Shown: positions 34,476-42,748 of the stretch, one piece after another
Layout of the letters: each line of letters starts with the position of its first letter
Numbering within the stretch: position 1 is the first letter of the stretch
From: Opitutia bacterium
GTDB lineage: Bacteria > Verrucomicrobiota > Verrucomicrobiia > Opitutales > UBA953
Length of the DNA stretch: 64,000 nt
Assembly: GCA_947377865.1 (NCBI GenBank)
Contig: CANCHK010000005.1
Span: forward strand, 3,303 to 67,302
Direction: 5' to 3'
The notes under the pieces: generated by a model
Told to the model about the DNA's origin: nothing
The model's input: the letters and a program-made list of their open reading frames with translations, nothing else
Databases searched by the model: none
Position numbers and translations under genes: made by a program

Positions 34476-35924
34476 TATCTCGCGTACGACGCGCCCATGC
34501 ACATCGGTGAGGCGGTAGTCGCGGCCTTGGAAGCGATAGGTGAGGCGTTCGTGGTCGAAGCCGAGCAGATGCATGATGGTGGCCTGTAGGTCATGGACGT
34601 GGACCTTGTCCTTCACGCCCGCGAAGCCCATCTCGTCGGTCTCGCCGAACTGGAAGCCGCCTTTCACGCCGCCGCCCGCCATCATGATCGTGAAGCAGTC
34701 GGGGTAGTGGTCGCGGCCGAGCACTTCGCTCTTGGCCGTACGGCCTTCACGGAACGGGGTGCGGCCGAATTCGCCGCCCCAGACGATGAGCGTGTCCTCG
34801 AGCAGCCCACGCTCTTTAAGGTCATTGATGAGCGCGGCGACGGGTTTGTCGGTCGCGGCCATCTTTTTGGTGAGGCCCTCATTGATCCCGGTGTCTTTGG
34901 CTGTACCGTGGAAATCCCAACCCCAGTCGAAGAGGTGCACGAAGCGTACGCCTTTCTCGACGAGACGTCGGGCGAGCAGGCAATTGTTGGCGAAGCTGGA
35001 TTCGCCGGGCTTGGCGCCATAGGCCTCGAGCGTCGTCGGCTTCTCTTTCGAGATATCCATGACTTCCGGCACGCTGGTCTGCATGCGGAAGGCGAGTTCG
35101 TATTGGGCGATACGCGTGACGGTCTCGGCGTGGCCGAGTTCGTCCTGCTGGCGCTGGTTGAGGTCCTTAAGCGCGTCGAGCGTGGCGCGACGGAGGTCGC
35201 GGGTCATGCCGGGCGGGTCGTTGGCGAAGAGCACCGGGTCGCCCTTGCTGCGGCACTGCACGCCTTGGAAGACGGACGGGATGAAGCCCGAACCCCAGCA
35301 GCCTTGGCCGCCGCTGGGCTGGACGCCGTTGGAGATCATCGTGACGAAGCCCGGAAGGTCCTGGTTCTCGGTACCGAGGCCGTAGGTGGCCCAGGAGCCC
35401 ATCGACGGGCGTCCTTGGCGGGCGTGGCCGGTGAAGAGCAGGAGTTCGGCGGGTGCGTGGTTGAATTGATCGGTGTGCATCGCCTTCACGAGCGTGACCT
35501 CGTCGGCAATCTTCTGAAAGTTCGGCACGGCGTCGCTCATCCAGAGTCCGCCTTGGCCGTATTGCTTGAATGTGCGCGGGGTGCCCATGAGCTTGGGCAC
35601 GCCGGTCGTAAAGGCAAAGGTGCGACCTTTCAGGAAGGAGTCAGGACAGTCTTCGGCGTTACGCTTCACCAGCTCCGGCTTGTAGTCGAAGATGTCGAGG
35701 TTGGGCGGTCCGCCCGACATGTGCAGGTAGATGACACGCTTGGCCTTGGCCTTGAAGTGCGGTTTGCGCGGGGCGAGCGGGTTGTCGTTGGCGGAGGAAG
35801 CGCCGAGGGCGTCGGTCTGCATCGCATGGAGGGCGATGGCGCCGAGGCTGAACTGGCCGACGCTGCTGAGGAACGCACGGCGTGTCTGCAGGCTGAGCTG
35901 GGCTTCGCGAAGAGGGTGGAGCAT
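34467..35924 (-). CDS. DUF1501 domain protein (Tat signal)
   Basis: TRRAFLSSVGQFSLGAIAL and GRDHYPDCFTIMMAGGGVKGG. Lies 49 nt downstream of the DUF1553 gene. Confidence 0.9.
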   Translation of the reverse strand: MLHPLREAQLSLQTRRAFLSSVGQFSLGAIALHAMQTDALGASSANDNPLAPRKPHFKAKAKRVIYLHMSGGPPNLDIFDYKPELVKRNAEDCPDSFLKGRTFAFTTGVPKLMGTPRTFKQYGQGGLWMSDAVPNFQKIADEVTLVKAMHTDQFNHAPAELLLFTGHARQGRPSMGSWATYGLGTENQDLPGFVTMISNGVQPSGGQGCWGSGFIPSVFQGVQCRSKGDPVLFANDPPGMTRDLRRATLDALKDLNQRQQDELGHAETVTRIAQYELAFRMQTSVPEVMDISKEKPTTLEAYGAKPGESSFANNCLLARRLVEKGVRFVHLFDWGWDFHGTAKDTGINEGLTKKMAATDKPVAALINDLKERGLLEDTLIVWGGEFGRTPFREGRTAKSEVLGRDHYPDCFTIMMAGGGVKGGFQFGETDEMGFAGVKDKVHVHDLQATIMHLLGFDHERLTYRFQGRDYRLTDVHGRVVREILA

Positions 35925-35930
35925 CTCGAA

Positions 35931-35960
35931 AGGGGTAGGGTTAGGGGCAGGGGGTGGGGT
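35931..35960 (+). repeat. TAGGGG-type hexamer array between the DUF1553 stop and the DUF1501 start
   Basis: aggggtagggttaggggcagggggtggggt. Confidence 0.8.
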
Positions 35961-35973
35961 TGACCGTTTGGTC

Positions 35974-38427
35974 TCAGCGGCGCATGAGGAACTCGTCGAG
36001 GTTCATGATGACGCTGCTGACGGCGGTCCACGCGGCGAGGGTGGGGAGGTCCGCGCCCTTGTCGGCGGGGCCGAGCGGATCGGTGGCCATCTTCAGCGCG
36101 AGAGCGGCGTCGGCCTTGTACTGCGCGGCAGACTTCGTGAGCAAGGTCTTCAGCGTCGCAAGTTCGTTGGCATCCGGTTCGCGGGACAGACAGAGCGAGT
36201 AGACGAAGCGCAGGCGCGTCTCATCGGTGGTGCCGCCTTCCTTGAGCAGGCGACGTGCGAGGGCCTGGCTGGTCTCGACGAACACGGGATCGTTGAGCGT
36301 CACGAAAGCCTGCAGGGGAGTGTTGGAGCGGCCGCGACGGATGACGCAAGTCTCGCGGTTCGGAGCGTCGAAGGTCGCGAAGCTCGGATAGGGCGTGCTG
36401 CGGCGGGTGTCGGTGTAGAGGCTGCGACGGTAGCGGTCTTCGCCGGTGCTAGTCATCCAGTCGCCCGAGCCGCCGAAGGCGATGCTCAGGCCGAGGTTAG
36501 GACGGATCGGTCGGACCGGCGCGCCGTACATCTTCGCGCTGAGGAGTCCGCTGACAGCGAGCGCCTGGTCGCGGAGCATTTCGCCGGAAGGACGGAAGCG
36601 CGGGCCGCGAGCGATGAAACGATTGTCAGGGTCCTGCTCATTGAGTTTGGCGCTGCTGGCGGACGACTGGCGGTACGCACGGCTGTTCAAGAGGAGCGTG
36701 AGCATCTTCTTCGTATCCCACCCACTCTCGACGAACTCAGCGGCGAGCCAGTCGAGTAGCTCGGGGTGAACGGGGAGGTCGCCCTGGCTGCCGAACTCTT
36801 CGCTCGAGCGCACGATGCCGACGCCGAAGACCGTTTCCCAGAGGCGGTTCATCGTCACGCGGGCCGTCAGCGGGTTATCGCGGCTGACGATCCAGCGGGC
36901 GAGGCCGAGGCGGTTCTTCGGGAAGGATTCATCCCAGCGGGCGAGATGCGTCGGCACGCCTTCGTCGACTTGATCGCCGAGGGCCTGCCAGTTGCCTCGG
37001 AGTTGGATGAAGGTCTTGCGGCGATTTTCGCCCGCGAGGTCTTGCATGATTGGCACCGTCACTGGCTTGGAGGCGGTGATTTTCTTCTTCAGGCCATCGG
37101 CGAGGGTGCGTTCGGCTTTCGCGGCGGGCGAGACGTTGCGGACGTAGTAATCACTCAGCTGCTTTGTCTGTGTCTTCGTGCGCTTTTCTTTCGGAGTATC
37201 GAGGACGGCCTTGAGTGGCTTTTCAGTCAGCTTCGGACCTTTGGCCAGCCATTCGTCAAAACCGACGACCCAGGCCGGGTTCGGTTTTTTGAAGACCGCT
37301 TCCGCGTCGGCGGCTTCCTTTATCCATTTTTCGCGCTGCACCTTGACGCCAGGTGGGTAGATTTCGTGGAGCGGGACTTCGTCCTTTTTGTCGCTATCGG
37401 CGCTTTGGTTGAGGAAGGCGTAGGAGCGGAAGTATTCCGTGATCGTGATCGGGTCGTACTTGTGGGTGTGGCACTGCGCGCAGGCCATCGTGGTGCCCAT
37501 GAAGACGGCGTAGGTGGTGTTCACGCGGTCGATGACGGCGGCGTTGCGGAATTCCTCGTCGCTCGTGCCGCCTTCGTTCTGGGTCATCGTATTGCGATGG
37601 AAGGCCGTGGCGATGAGCTGGTCTTCGGTCGGATTGGGCAGCAGGTCGCCGGCCATCTGGTCGATGACGAACTGGTCGAAGCGCTGATTCTGGTTGAGCG
37701 CCTTAATCACCCAGTCACGGTAGGCCCAGATCTCACGGCCCGGGTCGCTCGGGTAGCCCGCGCTGTCGGCATAGCGGGCGAGGTCGAGCCACTGGCGGGC
37801 CCAGTGTTCACCGTAGGCGGGTTTGGCGAGGAAGTGAGCGACGATGTCCTCGTGCTTGGCGCCAGAAAGTTTTGCGACTTCCTCGGGCGTCGGCGGCAGG
37901 CCGGTGATATCGAGGGCGAGGCGGCGGATCAGGATGGTCTTGGGCGCTTCAGCGGACCAGGTCAGCCCTTCCTTCTTCTGTCGGTCGGCGAGGAAGGCAT
38001 CGACGGGGTTACTTTCGCCATTGTTTGGCACCGACGGACGAGCGACGGGTTCGTAGGACCAGTGCCGGCCCCACGGGGCGCCTTGCTTGATCCACTCTTT
38101 GAGGAGCGCTACCTGCGCCGCCGGGATGGTCTTATGCTGCTTCGGCGGCGGCATGACCTCATCCGCATCCGTCGACTCGATGCGCTTGATGAGTTCGCTC
38201 TGCTCGGGTTTGCCCGGCAGGATCACGAAGTCGCCCTTGCGGTCGCGCTTCGCGTCTTGTTCGTCGTCGAGGCGCAGCTTCCCTTTGCGGGCTTTCTCGT
38301 CGGGGCCGTGGCAGGAGACGCAATTCTCCGAAAGAATCGGGCGGATCTGCCGGCTGAAGTGGATCGGTTCGGCGGAGCACAGGGCACCGACGAAGACGCC
38401 GAGGAAAAGGGTGGCCTTGGAAGGCAT
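35974..38427 (-). CDS. PSCyt1 (CxxCH) - DUF1549 - DUF1553 protein (minimal 817-aa version)
   Basis: CVSCHGPDEKARKGKLRLDD. No inserted lectin-like module. Confidence 0.9.
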   Translation of the reverse strand: MPSKATLFLGVFVGALCSAEPIHFSRQIRPILSENCVSCHGPDEKARKGKLRLDDEQDAKRDRKGDFVILPGKPEQSELIKRIESTDADEVMPPPKQHKTIPAAQVALLKEWIKQGAPWGRHWSYEPVARPSVPNNGESNPVDAFLADRQKKEGLTWSAEAPKTILIRRLALDITGLPPTPEEVAKLSGAKHEDIVAHFLAKPAYGEHWARQWLDLARYADSAGYPSDPGREIWAYRDWVIKALNQNQRFDQFVIDQMAGDLLPNPTEDQLIATAFHRNTMTQNEGGTSDEEFRNAAVIDRVNTTYAVFMGTTMACAQCHTHKYDPITITEYFRSYAFLNQSADSDKKDEVPLHEIYPPGVKVQREKWIKEAADAEAVFKKPNPAWVVGFDEWLAKGPKLTEKPLKAVLDTPKEKRTKTQTKQLSDYYVRNVSPAAKAERTLADGLKKKITASKPVTVPIMQDLAGENRRKTFIQLRGNWQALGDQVDEGVPTHLARWDESFPKNRLGLARWIVSRDNPLTARVTMNRLWETVFGVGIVRSSEEFGSQGDLPVHPELLDWLAAEFVESGWDTKKMLTLLLNSRAYRQSSASSAKLNEQDPDNRFIARGPRFRPSGEMLRDQALAVSGLLSAKMYGAPVRPIRPNLGLSIAFGGSGDWMTSTGEDRYRRSLYTDTRRSTPYPSFATFDAPNRETCVIRRGRSNTPLQAFVTLNDPVFVETSQALARRLLKEGGTTDETRLRFVYSLCLSREPDANELATLKTLLTKSAAQYKADAALALKMATDPLGPADKGADLPTLAAWTAVSSVIMNLDEFLMRR

Positions 38428-38560
38428 AAGGTTAGGACAGGCGGAGGAACAGGGGAGTTCCGCCGTATGGCTTATAAAAGAGACCGCCGACCCCGGGATT
38501 TCAACCCCAACATAGGCACGTTTCCGCCCTTAACTTGTCCTTTTCCGTCTGCCGATGATT

Positions 38561-39391
38561 TCAGCGATCGGCCTTCAGGAAGGCGATGGACAGAGGAACT
38601 TGGGTCAGGGAGTGGGAACTCTCGTCCTCGAGGTAGTAGTGTTTCACGCCGGCCTTCTTGGCGGCGGCGAAGATAGCGGCCTGGTCGAGCTGGCCGGTGC
38701 CAAGGGTCACATCGTTATCGGAATCATATTTATGCCCCCAACTGCGTGGCAGGCCTTTGCGTACGTCCTTCACGTGCATGAGCGGGATGCGGGCGCCGTA
38801 CTTCTCGAAGATCGCGACCGGATCGGCACCAGGCAGGTAGGCCCAGAGCACATCGAGTTCGAAGCTCACGTCTTCGGGGCGGGTCTGTTCGTGGATGAAG
38901 TCGTAGAGCGTGCCTTTGCCTTCGGCGACGAATTCCATGCCGTGGTTATGGAGCACGAAGGTCAGTCCGTGCTTTTCGCGGAGCTGCTTGCCCATCGCGT
39001 TCATCTCGGAGGCGCGCTGGGTCGCGGCGGCCTTGTCGAATGGCGTCTTGCTAGAGGGCAGTGAGACTCGGACGTATTTCGCGCCGAGAGTCTTGGCGAC
39101 GGCGGCGACCTCGTCGGTCTTCTTGAGGACGTCGTTGTAAGGGGCCCCGTAGGAGGAACAGGTGATGCCGCGGGCGTCCATGAGTTCGCGGATCTTGGCC
39201 GGCTCTTGGCCGAAGAGATTGGACATCTCGATATCGGTGATGCCGAAGCCCTTCACCTTATCGAAGGTCGCGGGCATGTCGGCCTTGAACTCGTTGCGGA
39301 ACGTATACGAGACCACGCCTGGGGTGCGGTCGAGCAGCGGCGCCGCGATGGCGGTGGCGAGGGAGAAGAGAAGGGAGAGGAGGCGGAGCAT
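38561..39391 (-). CDS. sugar phosphate isomerase/epimerase (xylose isomerase-like TIM barrel), secreted
   Basis: Start trimmed to MLRLLSLLFSLATAIA; the upstream 32 aa in the track is translated repeat. LHNHGMEF and PLMHVKD motifs. Confidence 0.8.
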   Translation of the reverse strand: MLRLLSLLFSLATAIAAPLLDRTPGVVSYTFRNEFKADMPATFDKVKGFGITDIEMSNLFGQEPAKIRELMDARGITCSSYGAPYNDVLKKTDEVAAVAKTLGAKYVRVSLPSSKTPFDKAAATQRASEMNAMGKQLREKHGLTFVLHNHGMEFVAEGKGTLYDFIHEQTRPEDVSFELDVLWAYLPGADPVAIFEKYGARIPLMHVKDVRKGLPRSWGHKYDSDNDVTLGTGQLDQAAIFAAAKKAGVKHYYLEDESSHSLTQVPLSIAFLKADR

Positions 39392-39402
39392 CGTGGAAAC
39401 TA

Positions 39403-39430
39403 GAGTATGGAGTATTGAGTATGGAGTATA
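39403..39430 (-). repeat. ATACTC heptamer tandem array (4 units) in the 5' leader of 38561-39391
   Basis: Plus strand reads gagtatg gagtatt gagtatg gagtata. Ends 12 nt from the ATG. Confidence 0.85.
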
Positions 39431-39439
39431 GGCCGGAGT

Positions 39440-39496
39440 GTAGGGTAGGGAGACCGGCCCGGTCATCCGCGGGCGTGCGGGCCGCACGCCCCTACC
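39440..39496. repeat. compact GTAGGG...CCCTAC REP-like doublet overlapping a stop codon
   Basis: gtagggtaggga-gaccg-gcc-cggtc-atccgcgg-gcgtgcg-ggc-cgcacgc-ccctacc. The CTA of CCCTAC (39492-39494) is the TAG stop of 39492-40562. Confidence 0.75.
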
Positions 39497-40562
39497 TCTT
39501 GCTGCTATCGATTATCTTGCGTAATTCCGCCGGGTCGGCGCCGGGGTGGAGGCGGCGCATGATGACTTCGAGGTCGCGGGTGTCGCGATTGAGGGTCGGC
39601 TCGATGCCGGTGCCTTCGCCGTAATCGTTCCAAGTGGCGACCTGCACGATGGGGGCGCCGCTGTTCATCGCCTGGTCGAAGGATTCGGCGAAGGTCTGGC
39701 CGTTGCGATAGTCGATCGAGCCGTAGCTCTTGCCGACTCCCGCTTGCGCGTAGAAATCCCGATAGCCGGGGAACGCGACGGCGACAAAGGCGCGGTTGGC
39801 TTGCTTCTCGGTCGCATAGAGCGTGGCCAGTTCGGCGGTCCAGCCTGCGCTCCCGACGGCCTTGCCTTCGCTAACCGGCACCCAGGCGAACGCACCGTCG
39901 ATGGCGGGCCGGTGGCTGAGGTGGGGTAGGGCGAAGGTGAGCGGATTGCTCTTCAAGTCTGAGCGGATGGTTTTCCATTCGGCTTCGTCTAGGTACTGCG
40001 GACCAAAGATCATCAATACCGGCCGTCCGTCGAGACGGACGTAGTCGGGGTCGGTCAGCCAGTGCGTCTCGGCCCAGGCAAACGAAGCCGCGACCTTTGC
40101 GGTGGCCTGCGCACGGCTGAGTTTCCGCTCCTTCATGAAGCGATGACCGGGATTATCCTCGACGCAGACCGCGAACTTCAGCCCGGACTTCTTGAGTTCG
40201 GCGATCAGGAGCACCGTGTTGCGATGGATCATCTCGTAGTCCGCGAAGCCCTCGGGCCCGTTCCAGTCGATGATCGCACCGTCGATGCCGGCGGCCTTCA
40301 TCAGGGCGACCTGGGTGGCGATGACGCCGGGGTCGGATGAATCGTAGGGTCCGAGCGCTGGGTGGTCGTGGGAGGCGAGGGCACCTTGGTCGGGGTCGGT
40401 CTTTGCCATGGTCCAATGCCAGCCCCAACGTCCGCTCACGGCCTTGCTTTCAAACCAAGGCATCATGTGGACCAATACCAAGGGGCGGTCAGGCTGCGGG
40501 GTGGCGCAGGAACAAAGGAGCCACCCGGAGAGGGCTGCCATCAGGATGCCTGCGAGACGCAT
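39492..40562 (-). CDS. lipoprotein glycoside hydrolase-like TIM barrel (GH99/GH71-like)
   Basis: Lipobox LLCSC. VHMMPWFE...WGWHW...LGPYDSSDPGVIATQVALMKAAGIDGAIIDW resembles GH99/GH71 N-terminal signatures. The family call is tentative. Confidence 0.65.
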   Translation of the reverse strand: MRLAGILMAALSGWLLCSCATPQPDRPLVLVHMMPWFESKAVSGRWGWHWTMAKTDPDQGALASHDHPALGPYDSSDPGVIATQVALMKAAGIDGAIIDWNGPEGFADYEMIHRNTVLLIAELKKSGLKFAVCVEDNPGHRFMKERKLSRAQATAKVAASFAWAETHWLTDPDYVRLDGRPVLMIFGPQYLDEAEWKTIRSDLKSNPLTFALPHLSHRPAIDGAFAWVPVSEGKAVGSAGWTAELATLYATEKQANRAFVAVAFPGYRDFYAQAGVGKSYGSIDYRNGQTFAESFDQAMNSGAPIVQVATWNDYGEGTGIEPTLNRDTRDLEVIMRRLHPGADPAELRKIIDSSKR

Positions 40563-40608
40563 GGGGCAGTAGACCCCGCCCCTTCGATTCCTTCAACCCC
40601 CAAGCAGG

Positions 40609-40642
40609 AGACCCCGGGGACGTCGAAACATCCCCGGGGTCT
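40609..40642. terminator. 12-bp perfect hairpin between the tRNA-Pro 3' end and the start of 39492-40562
   Basis: agaccccgggga-cgtcgaaaca-tccccggggtct. The T-rich run (ctttaaatt) is on the plus strand only. Confidence 0.45.
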
Positions 40643-40648
40643 TTAAAT

Positions 40649-40725
40649 TGGTCGGGCAGGAGAGATTTGAACTCTCAGCCTCTGCTACCCGAAAGCAGCG
40701 CTCTACCAGATTGAGCCACTGCCCG
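40649..40725 (-). tRNA. tRNA-Pro (anticodon CGG), CCA encoded
   Basis: Hand-folded cloverleaf: CGGGCAG TG GCTC AATCTGGTA GAGC G CTGCT TTCGGGT AGCAG AGGCT GAGAG TTCAAAT CTCTC CTGCCCG A CCA. All stems are Watson-Crick. C1:G72 and G37 are typical of bacterial tRNA-Pro. Confidence 0.9.
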
Positions 40726-40836
40726 ACACGAGACATTAGCATAGACCAATCGGAGGGGGTGTTTTCAAACTAAATCCATCGGGAAAATCACGAGGGGTGG
40801 TGGACTTCGGCGTTTTTCGGCCCTAGTTGCAGGGAT

Positions 40837-41538
40837 ATGAACCTTACGGTACGACGTTCCAGTGAGCGCGGTTTCGCCGATCACGGCTGGCTGGTGGCCC
40901 GACATAGCTTCAGTTTCGCGGACTATTACGACCCAGCCCACATGGCCTTCCGGTCGCTACGCGTCATTAATCAGGATCTGGTGGCGCCTGGTATGGGCTT
41001 TCCGGCGCATGGCCATAAGGACATGGAAATCTTCACGTATGTCCTCGAAGGCGCCATCGAGCACAAGGACAGCATGGGCAATCATGCTCAGCTCTTACCC
41101 GGGCAGATTCAGGTCATGAGCGCCGGCAGCGGCGTGAAGCACAGCGAGTTCAATCCCTCGAAGACCGAACGCCTCCATCTCATCCAAGTCTGGATCATGC
41201 CGGACCGTGCTAATCTCAAGCCGCGTTATGCCGAATGGACACCTTCGCCGGAACAGCTTGAAGCGCCCAAGGTGCTCATCATCTCGAACGACGGCCGCGA
41301 AGGTTCGGCGCACATCAGCCAGGACGCGGACGTGTATCGTGTGAAGACCAAGTCCGCTGGCACGGTTTCCCATGAGCTGCGAGCGGGCAGGGGCCTTTGG
41401 TTTCAGTTGATCGGTGGCGACGTCGAGATTGGCGACGTGAAACTCGCCCCCGGCGACGCCGTCAAATCCGAAGACGCCGGCACCTTCGTCTTCAAGTCCG
41501 CCGGCCCCGTCGAAGCCCTCCTTTTCGACCTCGCCTGA
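40837..41538 (+). CDS. pirin family protein (cupin)
   Basis: RGFADHGWLVARHSFSFADYYDP...FPAHGHKDMEIFTYVLEGAIEHKDSMGN are pirin N-domain signatures. Confidence 0.9.
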   Translation: MNLTVRRSSERGFADHGWLVARHSFSFADYYDPAHMAFRSLRVINQDLVAPGMGFPAHGHKDMEIFTYVLEGAIEHKDSMGNHAQLLPGQIQVMSAGSGVKHSEFNPSKTERLHLIQVWIMPDRANLKPRYAEWTPSPEQLEAPKVLIISNDGREGSAHISQDADVYRVKTKSAGTVSHELRAGRGLWFQLIGGDVEIGDVKLAPGDAVKSEDAGTFVFKSAGPVEALLFDLA

Positions 41539-41556
41539 TTTAATCCTACATTCCCC

Positions 41557-41584
41557 TATACTCCATACTCTATACTCCATACTC
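41557..41584 (+). repeat. ATACTC heptamer tandem array (4 units) in the 5' leader of the CDGSH gene
   Basis: tatactc catactc tatactc catactc. Lies 7 nt upstream of the ATG at 41592. Confidence 0.85.
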
Positions 41585-41591
41585 TCGAATT

Positions 41592-41831
41592 ATGAGCTCC
41601 CCCCACATCCCTCAGAAGTCCCCAATCCCCGTCCTCGTAGAAGCTGGCAAGACCTACTATTGGTGCTCGTGCGGACACAGCAAGACGCAGCCCTTCTGCG
41701 ATGGTGCCCACAAGGGTTCCGCGTTCACGCCGGTCCCTTATAAGGCTGAAACCAATGGTACGGTCTATTTCTGCGCCTGTAAGCATTCTAAGAAGGGCGC
41801 CCTCTGCGATGGCTCCCATAAGGCCCTCTGA
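41592..41831 (+). CDS. CDGSH iron-sulfur domain-containing protein (two CDGSH-type motifs)
   Basis: CSCGHSKTQPFCDGAHKG and CACKHSKKGALCDGSHK. Confidence 0.85.
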   Translation: MSSPHIPQKSPIPVLVEAGKTYYWCSCGHSKTQPFCDGAHKGSAFTPVPYKAETNGTVYFCACKHSKKGALCDGSHKAL

Positions 41832-41877
41832 AGTTAGCCCTTTCAACCCCTGTCATATCGGCTAACCTGCCTTTGCT

Positions 41878-42351
41878 ATGAAAAAAATCCCCTGCATCGC
41901 TGCGCTCCTCCTCGGCCTGGCCTTTATCTTCTTTGGTGTCCATTTCTGGGCCCAGTTTGGCTTCGTGCCGAAGCCTCAGCATTCTGAAGCTGCTGGTGCG
42001 ATGATTGGCGCTATGTATAAATCTGGCTACCTATCCTTCGTTAAGGTGCTCGAAATCGTCGGCGGCATCCTGCTGATTCTGCCTCGCACGCGTGTCTGGG
42101 GTCTGTTCATCATCGGCCCCATTCTGGTCAATATCCTGGCCATCGGCATCTTCCTTGATGGTAAGACGGATGGACTCGTCATTGGCCTCGTCGTCCTCGC
42201 CCTCATTGTGGCGTGGTCCAAGCGCTGCGCCCTCTGCTGCGTCAACACCTGTGGTTGTTCCAGCGGCTGCGGTTGCGGCACCAGCGGTGGCTGTGGTTGT
42301 GGCTCCTCCGAGAAGCCTGCCTCGACCGGCGGCTGCTGCGGCGGCAAGTAA
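41878..42351 (+). CDS. DoxX-like 4-TM membrane protein with Cys/Gly-rich C-terminal tail
   Basis: Four hydrophobic segments with a DoxX-like VLEIVGGILLILPRTR. The last 41 aa, CALCCVNTCGCSSGCGCGTSGGCGCGSSEKPASTGGCCGGK, contain 11 Cys. Confidence 0.65.
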   Translation: MKKIPCIAALLLGLAFIFFGVHFWAQFGFVPKPQHSEAAGAMIGAMYKSGYLSFVKVLEIVGGILLILPRTRVWGLFIIGPILVNILAIGIFLDGKTDGLVIGLVVLALIVAWSKRCALCCVNTCGCSSGCGCGTSGGCGCGSSEKPASTGGCCGGK

Positions 42352-42373
42352 GCCGTCCGGTCATCACGAATCA

Positions 42374-42397
42374 GCCCCCGACCTCGGGGGCTTTTTT
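42374..42397 (+). terminator. rho-independent terminator after the DoxX-like gene
   Basis: gcccccg-acct-cgggggc followed by tttttt, 23 nt after the stop. Confidence 0.8.
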
Positions 42398-42458
42398 GTG
42401 CCTGCGCGACTTGCAGTCGCGTGCTGGCATGGGTGCAGGGGATCTGCTGCGAAGCAGG

Positions 42459-42522
42459 GTAGGGACGCGTCGGCGACGCGTCCGCCTCGGCTGCAAGGTC
42501 GCAACGCCGTCGCGCCCCTACC
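42459..42522. repeat. GTAGGG...CCCTAC REP-like doublet
   Basis: gtaggg-acgcgtc-ggc-gacgcgt-ccg ... gcaacgccgtcgcg-cccctacc. Confidence 0.7.
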
Positions 42523-42556
42523 AACCATCCGGTTCCCCTATGGTGCCCCCTTTGAG
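42521..42556 (-). repeat. CTCAAAGGG...CCGGATGATTGG module (reverse)
   Basis: Plus strand reads ccaaccatccggttcccctatggtgccccctttgag. Confidence 0.65.
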
Positions 42557-42567
42557 TTCGGCCTCTG

Positions 42568-42647
42568 GTAGGGACGGCTCTCCGAGCCGTCCGTTCGCGG
42601 AAGTATATGCGTGAACCAACGGCGGGCTCGGAGAGCCACGCCCTACC
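42568..42647. repeat. GTAGGG...CCCTAC REP-like doublet
   Basis: gtaggg-acggctc-tcc-gagccgt-ccgt ... acgg-cgggctc-gga-gagccac-gccctacc. Confidence 0.75.
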
Positions 42648-42670
42648 AGCTGCTTCGCAGCGGTTCACCA

Positions 42671-42702
42671 TGCCAGCATGCCCCCCCTCGCGGCTCCGCC
42701 GC
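42671..42702 (-). repeat. partial copy of the 16-mer/hairpin element
   Basis: tgccagcatgccccccct + hairpin gcggc-tcc-gccgc. Resembles the 56711-56727 portion. Confidence 0.5.
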
Positions 42703-42748
42703 TTTCTGGTCCACCAAGCCTCTGGGCCTCCGGGCCTCTCGTGTATCT

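Noticed and set aside
39403-39430. Possible CRISPR array or other spacer-repeat structure among the tandem repeats.
   Set aside because: The units are 6-16 nt and directly tandem with no unique spacers. No cas genes are present, and no 24-48 nt repeat with regular 30-40 nt spacing occurs anywhere in the window.
40649-42351. tRNA-Pro as the integration site of a genomic island (pirin-CDGSH-DoxX on the opposite strand right next to it).
   Set aside because: There is no integrase, no direct repeat of the tRNA 3' end downstream, and no visible compositional shift in the three genes.
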